Source of the DNA: Longimicrobiales bacterium
Lineage (GTDB): Bacteria > Gemmatimonadota > Gemmatimonadetes > Longimicrobiales > Gaopeijiaceae
Direction: 5' to 3'
NCBI GenBank assembly: GCA_963662845.2
Contig: CAXXCM010000001.1
Coordinates: 275,241-339,240, forward strand
DNA length: 64,000 bases
The position numbers and the translations under genes are program-made. Below the pieces are notes generated by a model. It was given only the letters and a program-made list of their open reading frames with translations, was not told the DNA's origin and searched no databases. This document shows positions 17,518 to 26,303 of the stretch, one piece after another (position 1 is the stretch's first letter; the number at the start of each line of letters is the position of its first letter).

Positions 17518-19425
17518 ATGAGGGCTCAGCGCACGCCAACGGCCGGCCCGACCCGTCGCGCCGCAATCCCGCTCCTCGCGGCCACGAGCGCCGCCGTCCT
17601 GAGCCACCCCGCCACCGCCCAGGCCGGTGCCGCAGCGAATGCCGCAGGCTCCGCCGGGTGGGAACGCGTTGTGTACGGGATCGAGGTTCTGGACGAAGCC
17701 GGCGTCCTTGTCGACCACCCATTCCTCGGTGGCTTCAACCTTCCGCGGCCCCAGCTCGCCGACGCCGACGGGGACGGCGACCTCGATCTCTTCATTCAGG
17801 AGGCGTCCGATCGCGTCATGTACTTCCGCAATGTCGGAGAGGGACCTCGGAGCGAGTACAGGTGGATCACCGACACCTTCGAGAACCTCTCGGTCGGGGA
17901 GTGGTTCCGGTTCACGGACGTCGATCTCGACGGCGATCTGGACCTCCTCGCCGAGGAACCCTTCAGCTACATCCGCTACTATCGGAACGACGGCGGCTCG
18001 GGGCCGGCCTCGTACGTCCTCGCGGCCGACACCCTGAAGGATGTCAACGGCGAGGCCGTCTTTTCGGACCGGCAGAACATCCCGAATGCCGCCGACATCG
18101 ACTGCGACGGGTACCTCGACCTGCTGATCGGCCGCCTCACGGGCACGATCACGCGGTACGAGGCCGAGACCATCGACGAGAACGGCGTGCCCCGGTTCCA
18201 GCACGTCACCGACTCCTTCGAGGACATCGAGATCATCGGCGCCATGCAGGGCAGCATGCACGGCGCGAACACCATGGCGCTCGGCGACTTCGACCAGGAC
18301 GGCGACCACGATCTGTTCTGGGGCGACTTCTTCGAGCCGGGCCTCCTCCTCATCGAGAACACGGGGAACTGCCGCCGTCCCGTGCTGCGGGGCACGCCGC
18401 GACCCTTCCCGGTGGGCGATCCGGTGGCGACCTCGGGGTACAACGCCCCGGCACTGGGCGACGTGGACCAGGACGGCGACATGGACCTGACCATGGGCGT
18501 GCTGGGCGGCGCCTTCAATCCCAACCGCAGCAGCGTCGAGAACCTGTACCAGTTCGAGCAGAGCGGAGACGGTGACTTTCGGGTGGCGACCTCGCGGCTG
18601 ATCGGCACCGTCGACGTGGGCAGCGAGTCCTTCCCCGCCTTCTCGGACCTGGACGGCGACGGCGATCTGGACCTCCTGATCGCGAACAAGATCGAGACCG
18701 ACAACACGCGCAGCGGCGGAATCTACCTGTACGAGAACACGGGATCGGCGGCGGCGCCCTCCTTCGCCGCCCGGGGCCCCTTGCCGGGACTGCCGGACGC
18801 CTACCACTACGCCCCGGCCTTCGGCGACCTGGACGGTGACGGCGACGACGACGTCATCCTGGGCGAGTGGCGCGACCGGGTCGCGTACTACCGCAACGAC
18901 CGCGACCGGAGCGGTGCCGGGGACGGGGACGGGCAGGGCGACGCGATGCCCCGGTGGACCCTCGTCGATTCCGCCGCCGCCACGCTGACCCGGGGCCGCA
19001 ACACCACCCCCGCGCTCGGCGACCTGGACAACGACGGCGACCTCGACCTGCTGATCGGCGAGTCGTCGGGAGCGCTCAACTACTACCGCAACGAGGGATC
19101 CCGCGAGCGGCCCGACTTCCAGCTGGTCTCGGACGAGTTCCAGGACATCGACGTGGGGCGCCGGAGCATCCCCACCTTCGTGGACTGGGACGGCGACGGC
19201 GATCTGGACCTGGCCGTCGGCTCCGAGGCCTCGGGAATTCGACTTTACGTGAACCAGGGTTCGCCGGAGGAACCGGTTCTGGTGGAAACCGACCCGTTCG
19301 CCCACCGGGTTCCCACCTTTGCCGCGCCCGCCTTCGTCGATCTGGACGGCGACGGCGATCTCGACCTGGTTTCGGGAGGGGGCGGCGGCGGGTTGACGGT
19401 CTACCGAAGGACGGGATCTCGATGA
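17518..19425 (+). CDS. FG-GAP/VCBS repeat protein (CRTAC1/ASPIC-like)
   Basis: Track ORF of 635 aa. Many D-x-D-G-D-G-D-L-D-L calcium-binding FG-GAP repeats (ADADGDGDLDLF, VDLDGDLDLL, GDLDNDGDLDLLIGE) and a signal peptide. Confidence 0.8.
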   Translation: MRAQRTPTAGPTRRAAIPLLAATSAAVLSHPATAQAGAAANAAGSAGWERVVYGIEVLDEAGVLVDHPFLGGFNLPRPQLADADGDGDLDLFIQEASDRVMYFRNVGEGPRSEYRWITDTFENLSVGEWFRFTDVDLDGDLDLLAEEPFSYIRYYRNDGGSGPASYVLAADTLKDVNGEAVFSDRQNIPNAADIDCDGYLDLLIGRLTGTITRYEAETIDENGVPRFQHVTDSFEDIEIIGAMQGSMHGANTMALGDFDQDGDHDLFWGDFFEPGLLLIENTGNCRRPVLRGTPRPFPVGDPVATSGYNAPALGDVDQDGDMDLTMGVLGGAFNPNRSSVENLYQFEQSGDGDFRVATSRLIGTVDVGSESFPAFSDLDGDGDLDLLIANKIETDNTRSGGIYLYENTGSAAAPSFAARGPLPGLPDAYHYAPAFGDLDGDGDDDVILGEWRDRVAYYRNDRDRSGAGDGDGQGDAMPRWTLVDSAAATLTRGRNTTPALGDLDNDGDLDLLIGESSGALNYYRNEGSRERPDFQLVSDEFQDIDVGRRSIPTFVDWDGDGDLDLAVGSEASGIRLYVNQGSPEEPVLVETDPFAHRVPTFAAPAFVDLDGDGDLDLVSGGGGGGLTVYRRTGSR

Positions 19426-19934
19426 ATCTGGCGGACGTGCAGGCGGTCATCGACAGCGCGAAGGTGCGCGACGACGGGAAGCTCGAGGAATTCATCCGCA
19501 CCATTTGCCCGGAAGCCAACGAGGACGATGTGGCGGACGCGGCGTCGGTCGCGGTCGAAGTGGTGGAGGCCGTGCCGCTGCTGCTGGCTCGCGCGGCGCA
19601 GGCCGCGGAGCAGCGGGGACTGAAGGTCGTGGTCATGCCGCTGCTGGAGCACGCGGCCGAGTACTTCGTCAACCCGATCGACCTGATCCCCGAGATGACG
19701 CAGGGAATGGCGGGGCTGTTGGACGACACCTATCTTGCCCTGCGGATTCTGGAGAACCTGAACCGCGGACCCGAGCCGCTGTTCGACGCCGACTTCCAGG
19801 AGCCTCTTCGCTTTCTCAAGAAGCTCGTGGGTACAGAGATCACAAGAAAACTGGATGCGGCGTCGATCTTCGCGCTTCAGGACGTGTCCACGCATGTGAG
19901 CCGCGCCTGGAGCGAGATGGCTCGAATGTCGTAG
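19422..19934 (+). CDS. Hypothetical protein, DUF1232/YkvA-like segment
   Basis: Track ORF 18867..19934 trimmed to ATG 19422, which makes an ATGA overlap with the upstream stop. NPIDLIPEMTQGMAGLLDD resembles the DUF1232 core. The upstream part of the track ORF is an Arg-rich shadow. Confidence 0.55.
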   Translation: MNLADVQAVIDSAKVRDDGKLEEFIRTICPEANEDDVADAASVAVEVVEAVPLLLARAAQAAEQRGLKVVVMPLLEHAAEYFVNPIDLIPEMTQGMAGLLDDTYLALRILENLNRGPEPLFDADFQEPLRFLKKLVGTEITRKLDAASIFALQDVSTHVSRAWSEMARMS

Positions 19935-20042
19935 CCAGGCTCGGTCGTCATTCCCGGACCCCGGCGCGCGAAACGAAGCAGCGGCGCTTGCCGTAGACAT
20001 CGGAACGACGGGAGATGGCCTCCCGAGAAAGGAACGCGAAAA

Positions 20043-20303
20043 ATGCTGGAGCTGCTGACTCTCGGTGCCGCCGGTGCCGCTGGCCTGTTCGGACACGTCA
20101 AGTCGAAGGATTTCATCAACCGCAAGCTGCGCTACACGAGCATCGTCGAAAAGCCGGCGGTGGGCTTGGGTGTGGCCGCCGGTGCCGCGACCGCCATCGC
20201 CGTGGCCGCTCTTCCGGTGTTCACGTTGGGGCCGGGCCTGCTGGTCGGCGCCGGCGTCGGCACTGGTGTCGCGGCGGGAATCAAGAAGGCGCGAAGGGGC
20301 TAG
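20043..20303 (+). CDS. Small Gly/Ala-rich membrane protein
   Basis: Track ORF of 86 aa with two hydrophobic Gly/Ala-rich helices and good GC3. The RBS is weak. Confidence 0.45.
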   Translation: MLELLTLGAAGAAGLFGHVKSKDFINRKLRYTSIVEKPAVGLGVAAGAATAIAVAALPVFTLGPGLLVGAGVGTGVAAGIKKARRG

Positions 20304-20316
20304 CGGGCCGCAATCC

Positions 20317-21558
20317 GTGAAACACAACAAGCGGACCGTGAGGTCGTGGATCCTCTACGACTTCGCGAATTCCATCTACCCGGCGGTCGTCACGACGGCG
20401 GTGTTTCCGCTCTTCTACCGTGGTGCCATCGTCGGTGGTGAAGCGGGGCTGGGCGAGCTCTGGTGGGGATGGGCGGTCGCCGCTTCGGCGCTGATCGTCG
20501 CGTTCACCTCGCCGTTCCTGGGCGCGGTCGCGGATCTCAGCGGGGCTCGCAAGCGCTTCCTGGGGTTCTGGGTCGTCACATGCCTGGTCGGCGTGGCGCT
20601 CATGACGAGGCTGGAGCCGGGGATGATCGTCGCCGGCTTCCTCTTCTTCGTCATCGCCAACGTCGGCTTCGAGAGTGCCAACGTCTTCTACAACGCCTAC
20701 CTCCCAGACATCGTGCCTCCCGAGCGCCTGGGTCGCACCTCGGGCCACGGCTACGGACTGGGGTATCTCGGATCGGCGGTCGGCCTGCTGCTCGTGCTTC
20801 CGTTCGCCCAGTCCGGGCGCTTCGAGCTCGTTTGGCTCTCGGTCATCGCCTTCTTTGCGGTGTTCTCGATCCCGGCGTTCCTGTTCCTGCCAGGTGGCGG
20901 CGGTGCCGGACTCGGGATTGCGCAGGCCGCAGCGAAGGGGTTCGCCGACTTCAAGCGGATCGCGGCAGAGGTGTGGGGCCACCGGAACCTCAGGCGCTTC
21001 CTCTTCGCGTTCTTCTTCTACATCGACGGGGTTCTGACGCTCATCGTCATGGCCGGCGTCATCGCGCAGGGAACGTTCGGCTTCGACCAGCAGCAGGTGA
21101 TCATCCTGTTCCTGATCGTGCAGTTCTCGGCGCTTGCCGGGGCGTTCGCACTGGCCAAGCCGACCGACACGCTGGGGCCCAAGAAGGTGCTCACGGGGGT
21201 GATCTTCCTATGGGTCGCGGCGGGGGTCTCCGCCTACTTCGTCGAGGATCCGAACGTCTTCTACGGTCTGGCGGTCGCGGCCGGATTCGGTCTGGGCTCG
21301 GTGCAGTCCGCCAGCCGTGCGCTCATGGCGTCGCTGATTCCCGACGGCAGGGAGGCGGAGCTGTTCGGCTTCTACGCGCTGTGCGGCAGGTCGTCGTCCG
21401 TCATCGGCCCGGTGCTCTTCGGTGGAGTCACCTATCTGGCCGGCGGCAACCAGCGCCCCGGCTTCCTGGTGCTCACCGCCCTCTTCCTCATCGGCCTTGT
21501 CCTGCTTCAGCGGGTGCGCGATCCCAAGGCCCCCGTCGCTCAAGGAGGTGCAGCATGA
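20317..21558 (+). CDS. MFS transporter, UMF1 (Atg22-like) family
   Basis: Track ORF 20065..21558 trimmed to GTG 20317 (alternative GTG 20338). It has the SWILYDFANS signature near the N-terminus and about 12 hydrophobic helices. Confidence 0.8.
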   Translation: MKHNKRTVRSWILYDFANSIYPAVVTTAVFPLFYRGAIVGGEAGLGELWWGWAVAASALIVAFTSPFLGAVADLSGARKRFLGFWVVTCLVGVALMTRLEPGMIVAGFLFFVIANVGFESANVFYNAYLPDIVPPERLGRTSGHGYGLGYLGSAVGLLLVLPFAQSGRFELVWLSVIAFFAVFSIPAFLFLPGGGGAGLGIAQAAAKGFADFKRIAAEVWGHRNLRRFLFAFFFYIDGVLTLIVMAGVIAQGTFGFDQQQVIILFLIVQFSALAGAFALAKPTDTLGPKKVLTGVIFLWVAAGVSAYFVEDPNVFYGLAVAAGFGLGSVQSASRALMASLIPDGREAELFGFYALCGRSSSVIGPVLFGGVTYLAGGNQRPGFLVLTALFLIGLVLLQRVRDPKAPVAQGGAA

Positions 21559-22370
21559 CCATAGCCGCCGCCGAAAGGCGCGCCGCCGTAAGACAACGCT
21601 ACGCACGGGCCGCCGTGACCGGGGATGGATGCTGCGGACCGTCGGACTGCTGCGACGACATCAGCCGTGCGGTCGGGTACGACCGGGAAGAACTGGACCG
21701 CGTCCCCGACGGGGCCAACCTCGGTCTCGGGTGCGGGAATCCCGTCGCGCTGGCGTCGCTGGCCCCGGGCGAGACCGTGCTGGACCTCGGCTCGGGCGCC
21801 GGGTTCGACTGCTTTCTCGCTGCGGAGCGCGTCGGGCCACAAGGCCGGGTCGTCGGCGTGGACATGACCCCCGAGATGGTGGAGCGGGCACGCGCCAACG
21901 CTGAAAGGGGCGGCTTCGCGAACGTCGAGTTCCGGCTTGGCGAGATCGAGGCGCTCCCGGTGGGCGACGCCAGCGTCGATGCGGTCATCTCGAACTGCGT
22001 CCTGAACCTTTCGGCCGACCGTCCGGGCGTCCTGCGCGAGGTGATGCGCACGCTCAGGCCCGGCGGTCGGGTCATGATCTCGGACCTGGTGTCGGACCAG
22101 CCCATGCCCCACTTCATCGCGAACTCGAAGGAGTCGCTGGTGGGCTGCCTTCCGGTCGGCGTCGAAGAGTACCGGGCCGACCTGGCCGCCGCCGGCTTCA
22201 CCGAGATCAGCGTCGAGAGGCGTCAGCGCTATCCCGCCGAACACGTCCTGGCCGATCCGCGGGTTCAGGAGGTCATCCGGCGCGAACCGGGGCGCGAGGC
22301 CGATGTGCGCGCCTTCGTCGACTCGATTTGCAGCGGGGTGATCGAGGCGGTGAAGCCGGACGCAGGATGA
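21555..22370 (+). CDS. arsM: Arsenite S-adenosylmethionine methyltransferase-like
   Basis: Track ORF 20463..22370 trimmed to ATG 21555 (ATGA overlap). It has N-terminal Cys pairs (GCCGPSDCC), SAM motif I VLDLGSGAG and GLGCGNP, as in ArsM. Confidence 0.75.
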   Translation: MTIAAAERRAAVRQRYARAAVTGDGCCGPSDCCDDISRAVGYDREELDRVPDGANLGLGCGNPVALASLAPGETVLDLGSGAGFDCFLAAERVGPQGRVVGVDMTPEMVERARANAERGGFANVEFRLGEIEALPVGDASVDAVISNCVLNLSADRPGVLREVMRTLRPGGRVMISDLVSDQPMPHFIANSKESLVGCLPVGVEEYRADLAAAGFTEISVERRQRYPAEHVLADPRVQEVIRREPGREADVRAFVDSICSGVIEAVKPDAG

Positions 22371-23614
22371 TGATGAGACTGGCCGGCAAGGTCGGGTGGG
22401 CGGCAATGACCGCAGCCTCGGCGCTGGTTGCGGGACTGGCCCTGGTGGCCTTCCCAGCGCCGGTGGCTTCCCAGCAGCGCGGGGACGAAGCGGACGCAGT
22501 GGGCAGCCCCGCGCAAATGCAGGAGATCGTCGAGGGCGTCCAGACGCCGAACCGCCAGGGGTTGGACGTGCTGACGCTCGAAGAGGTCATGGAGCGGTTC
22601 GGCGTGCCCGGCATCAGCGTGGCCGTCATCCACGACTTCGACGTGCACTGGGCGAAGGGCTACGGCGTCGCGGACGTGGAGACGGGCGCCGCGGTCGATG
22701 TCGAGACGCTCTTCCAGGCCGCGTCGATCAGCAAGCCCGTGACGGCCATGGCGGCGATGGTGGCCGTGCAGGAGGGCCGCTTCGCGCTCGACGACGACGT
22801 CAACACGATCCTCCGGTCCTGGCAGCTGCCCGGCAACGGCTTCACGGACCTGCGGCCGGTCACGCCGCGCCTGCTCTTCAGCCACACCGCCGGGCTCGGC
22901 GACGGGCACGGCTTCCCCGGCTACGACCCCGGGACGCCCCGTCCGACCGCGGTGCAGATCCTGGACGGCGAGGAACCGTCCAACGTCGAGGCCGTGACGA
23001 TGGTGCGGTCCCCGCTCGCGGGCATGCACTACTCCGGCGGGGGCACCACGATCATGCAGCTCGCACTCACGGACGTGTACGGCGAGCCCTTCGCGGACCT
23101 CATGCGGAAGACCGTGCTCGAACCCGTCGGCATGACCACCAGCACCTTCGAGCAGCCGCTTCCGCCGGACCGCGATGCCAACGCCGCCCGCGCGCACGGC
23201 AACGGTCGCGCGATGGGCGACGCCAAGTGGCATGTCTACTCGGCAATGGCGGCGGCAGGGCTCTGGACCAACGCCCGCGACCTCGCGCGCTTCGCCATCG
23301 AGGTGCAAAGGGCCGCGCGCGGCGACCCGGATCGCGTCATCACCGCCGCCTCGGCCGCCGAAATGCTCAGTCCGGTCGGCGTGGGCGACTTCGCCGTGGG
23401 GTTCAGCATCGCCCGGCAGGGCCAGGGCTGGTACTTCAGCCATTCGGGCGGCAACTGGGGCTTCACCTGCTTCCTCATCGCCCACAAGGCGAAGGGCTAC
23501 GGCGCCGCCGTCATGACCAACGCCTCGGGTGGCGGCCAGGTCTTTCGCGAAGTGGTCGAGCGCATTCAGCGCGCGTACGGCTGGGACTCGCTGGACAAGC
23601 CGGTGTTGAGGTAG
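22367..23614 (+). CDS. Serine hydrolase (beta-lactamase/PBP4* family), secreted
   Basis: Track ORF 22328..23614 trimmed to ATG 22367 (ATGA overlap with arsM). It has the SxxK motif ASISK and a signal peptide. Confidence 0.8.
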   Translation: MMMRLAGKVGWAAMTAASALVAGLALVAFPAPVASQQRGDEADAVGSPAQMQEIVEGVQTPNRQGLDVLTLEEVMERFGVPGISVAVIHDFDVHWAKGYGVADVETGAAVDVETLFQAASISKPVTAMAAMVAVQEGRFALDDDVNTILRSWQLPGNGFTDLRPVTPRLLFSHTAGLGDGHGFPGYDPGTPRPTAVQILDGEEPSNVEAVTMVRSPLAGMHYSGGGTTIMQLALTDVYGEPFADLMRKTVLEPVGMTTSTFEQPLPPDRDANAARAHGNGRAMGDAKWHVYSAMAAAGLWTNARDLARFAIEVQRAARGDPDRVITAASAAEMLSPVGVGDFAVGFSIARQGQGWYFSHSGGNWGFTCFLIAHKAKGYGAAVMTNASGGGQVFREVVERIQRAYGWDSLDKPVLR

Positions 23615-23754
23615 CTGGGGGTCGTGGGCGTGCTTCGGTCCGTGCGGACCGCGCTCCGATCTGTTGCGATCCAAAGGGGAATGTCGGCATCTTGGAGTCC
23701 GCTACCGCTTGGCCAATGGCCAGCGTCTCCCCGTCACGCCTTGGACCGTTCGCA

Positions 23755-24936
23755 ATGCTGATTCAACGACTGGACGCCCGAGGGCTGCTCTCGTTCGGGC
23801 CACAGGGAATCGACCTGGGTCTGCGACCGCTGAACGTCCTGATTGGACCCAACGGGTCCGGCAAGTCCAATCTGTTGGAGAGCATCACGCTCCTGAAGGC
23901 AGCTCCACGGGATCTTGCCGGAGCCATTTTGCGGGGCGGCAACGCGGTGCGCGACTGGATTTGGAGTGGGGAGCCGGCGGTGGCCGGGGCGGCCATCGAG
24001 GCCATACTGGAGAACCCGGAAGGCCGCCAGAACCTGCGTTTCGATCTGAGGTTCACCGAGCGCGGGCAGCGCTTCGAGGTTACCGAGGAGCGAATAACGA
24101 ATGAGCATGCATACGAAGGGTTCTCCAGTCCCTACATCTACTACGAGAACGCGGCCGGCCGGGCGACGCTCAACTATCGCGACACCTCCGGCTCGGATTC
24201 GCAGCGCCATCTGCGGATTGAGAGCGTCGACAGGGAGCAATCGATTCTGGCCCAGCGTAGGGATCCGGACCACTATCCCGTTCTGACCTACCTTGCGGAA
24301 ACGCTGGACCGCATCCGCTTCTACCGAGAATGGGAGTTCGGACGGGACACCGTGCTGCGAACGCCGCAGAAGACCGACCGGCCCAACGACTTTCTCCGCG
24401 AGGACGGGAAGAACCTGGGGCTCGTATTGAACAATCTGCGCCGGTCACCGAAGGTCAAGAGCCGGCTCCTAGAGGCCCTGCGCAGGTTGTATGACGGGAT
24501 CACGGACTTCGAAGTCATCATCGAGGGCAATACCGTTCAGGTGTGCCTCTATGAAGGGGAGATCGAGGTCCCCGCGACGCGGCTGTCCGATGGAACTTTG
24601 CGCTACCTCTGTCTCCTCGCCATCCTGTGTCACCCGAATCCGCCTCCCCTGGTGTGCATCGAGGAACCGGAGCTGGGTCTCCACCCGGACGTGCTGCCGA
24701 CACTGACCGAATTGCTCCTGGAAGCTTCCGAGCGAGGCCAGTTGATCGTGACGACACATTCGGAAGTGCTGGTCGACGCGCTGACACATCAGCCAGAGTG
24801 TGTCGTGATCTGTGAGAAGCACCAGGGGCAGACGAGGATGCGCCGCCTGAAGGCGGATGAACTGGCGGAATGGCTCAAGCGCCATGGTCTCGGAGAGCTC
24901 TGGCTCAGTGGCGAGATCGGGGGCAACCGCTGGTGA
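23755..24936 (+). CDS. ABC-type (AAA_15/AAA_21-like) ATPase, candidate defence ATPase
   Basis: C-terminal part of track ORF 22396..24936. Walker A GPNGSGKSN, signature-like LSDGTLRYL, Walker B LVCIEEPELGLHP and H-loop VTTHS. The start is uncertain: ATG 23755 (MLIQRLDARGLLSF, typical of the family), ATG 23716 or TTG 23692. Confidence 0.8.
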   Translation: MLIQRLDARGLLSFGPQGIDLGLRPLNVLIGPNGSGKSNLLESITLLKAAPRDLAGAILRGGNAVRDWIWSGEPAVAGAAIEAILENPEGRQNLRFDLRFTERGQRFEVTEERITNEHAYEGFSSPYIYYENAAGRATLNYRDTSGSDSQRHLRIESVDREQSILAQRRDPDHYPVLTYLAETLDRIRFYREWEFGRDTVLRTPQKTDRPNDFLREDGKNLGLVLNNLRRSPKVKSRLLEALRRLYDGITDFEVIIEGNTVQVCLYEGEIEVPATRLSDGTLRYLCLLAILCHPNPPPLVCIEEPELGLHPDVLPTLTELLLEASERGQLIVTTHSEVLVDALTHQPECVVICEKHQGQTRMRRLKADELAEWLKRHGLGELWLSGEIGGNRW

Positions 24937-25541
24937 CGGTCAAGATCTATGTGGAGGGTGGTGGAGACGCCAACGCCCTCAGGCGAGACTGTCGGCTTGG
25001 GTTTCGGGAATTCTTCCTGAAAGCCGGTTTGGAGGGTCGGATGCCACGAATCGTCGCGTGTGGCTCACGGGACAGCGCCTTTGACCGTTTCCGTACGGCA
25101 GTACGGGGCAAGAGCGGCAACCAGTTCGTCATGCTCCTGGTGGACAGTGAAGAAGGCGTCGCCGAGTCCGATGGGCCGTGGCAGCATGTGCGAAGGCGGG
25201 ACAACTGGACCCAGCCCGCAAGCGCGGCGGACGACAGCCTGTGCCTGATGGTCCAGTGCATGGAAGCTTGGTTCGTCGCGGACCGCGAGTGCCTGAGGGC
25301 CTACTGTGGCCCGGGCTTCAACGCGGGAAGACTGCCGGGTACCCGTGAGGTCGAGAGAATCGCGAAGGCCGACCTCTACGCGGCGTTGGATGGCGCGACG
25401 CGGAACTGCAACAAGGGGACGTACACGAGGAACAAGGGGCGGCACTCGTTCCGCATTCTGGCTACGGTCGATCCTGACAAGGTGGCTGCGGCGTCTCCAC
25501 ACGCTAGGCGGCTGTTGCAGACGCTGCGCGAGGTGTCGTAA
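24933..25541 (+). CDS. TOPRIM-like / DUF4276-like protein partnered with the ATPase
   Basis: Track ORF 24870..25541 trimmed to GTG 24933, overlapping the ATPase stop (GTGA). It has VKIYVEGGGD (TOPRIM-like Glu), MLLVDSEE (acidic DxD-like) and CMEAWFVADRE. My memory of DUF4276 matches this pattern, but it needs HMM confirmation. Confidence 0.65.
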   Translation: MTVKIYVEGGGDANALRRDCRLGFREFFLKAGLEGRMPRIVACGSRDSAFDRFRTAVRGKSGNQFVMLLVDSEEGVAESDGPWQHVRRRDNWTQPASAADDSLCLMVQCMEAWFVADRECLRAYCGPGFNAGRLPGTREVERIAKADLYAALDGATRNCNKGTYTRNKGRHSFRILATVDPDKVAAASPHARRLLQTLREVS

Positions 25542-25568
25542 ACAATCGGATCCCGCTACCGCCCGGCC

Positions 25569-26126
25569 TTGTCCCTGCTCCTGATCCTAGCCGCGACTGG
25601 CTTGGTGGTCGTGCCCCCGTCCCGAGGCATCGCACAGCCCACTCCGGCCACGCCCGAAGAGGTCGCCCAGCGCTTCTTCAACGGGCTGAGCAGGCTCAGG
25701 TGGGGGGCGGTGTCGGCCCAGCTCCACACTGGCGCGCTCGACGAATTCCACCTCATCTCGCGGCAGCTCGTGGAGAGCCTTCGGGGCGACAGCATACTCA
25801 TCCAGCTCTACGACGCGACGCGCGAGGAATGGGAGGGGTGGTCGGGGCGGGAGGTGTTCGAGCGCTCGATGTCGGGGCTGACGCGATACGCGCGCGGGCT
25901 CATGGAGTCGCAGGTCATGACCGACTTTCGGGTGCTGGGCACGGTGCCCGAGGGCGACACGATCCGGCACGTCGTGTACCGGGAGACGACCGACCACATG
26001 GGCACGGTCATCGACGCGGCGCCGACGACGACCCTCGTGCTGGAGGAGGGGAGGTGGCGGGTGCGCGAGAACGCGGAGCTCGCTGTGCTCAGGGTTGCGC
26101 TGCGCGGGATCCCGATCGGGCGATGA
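25569..26126 (+). CDS. Hypothetical secreted protein
   Basis: Track ORF of 185 aa with a TTG start. The frame opens directly after the upstream TAA. It has a hydrophobic N-terminus (LLLILAATGLVVV) and good GC3. I recognise no family. Confidence 0.5.
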   Translation: MSLLLILAATGLVVVPPSRGIAQPTPATPEEVAQRFFNGLSRLRWGAVSAQLHTGALDEFHLISRQLVESLRGDSILIQLYDATREEWEGWSGREVFERSMSGLTRYARGLMESQVMTDFRVLGTVPEGDTIRHVVYRETTDHMGTVIDAAPTTTLVLEEGRWRVRENAELAVLRVALRGIPIGR

Positions 26127-26303
26127 TGCGGTCATGGCGGGGCTCCGTCGCCGCGCCAGGGGCCGCGCATGGACCGTACCTGTGCCGCGCCGCTGTTCCG
26201 ACGCCGCTCGTCGCGATACCTTGAACCGGCTCCGGGCCAACGGCCCGCCAGCGCCACGACAACGAACCACAGTACCACTCGCAAACCCGAGAGAGAGCCC
26301 TGC

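Noticed and set aside
14425-19305. 1626-aa ORF on the minus strand, the longest in the track
   Set aside because: Its composition is dominated by Arg/Gly/Val/Asp/His with no motifs. It lies antisense to three plus-strand genes that have clear repeat families and signal peptides. It is a typical stop-free shadow frame of high-GC DNA.
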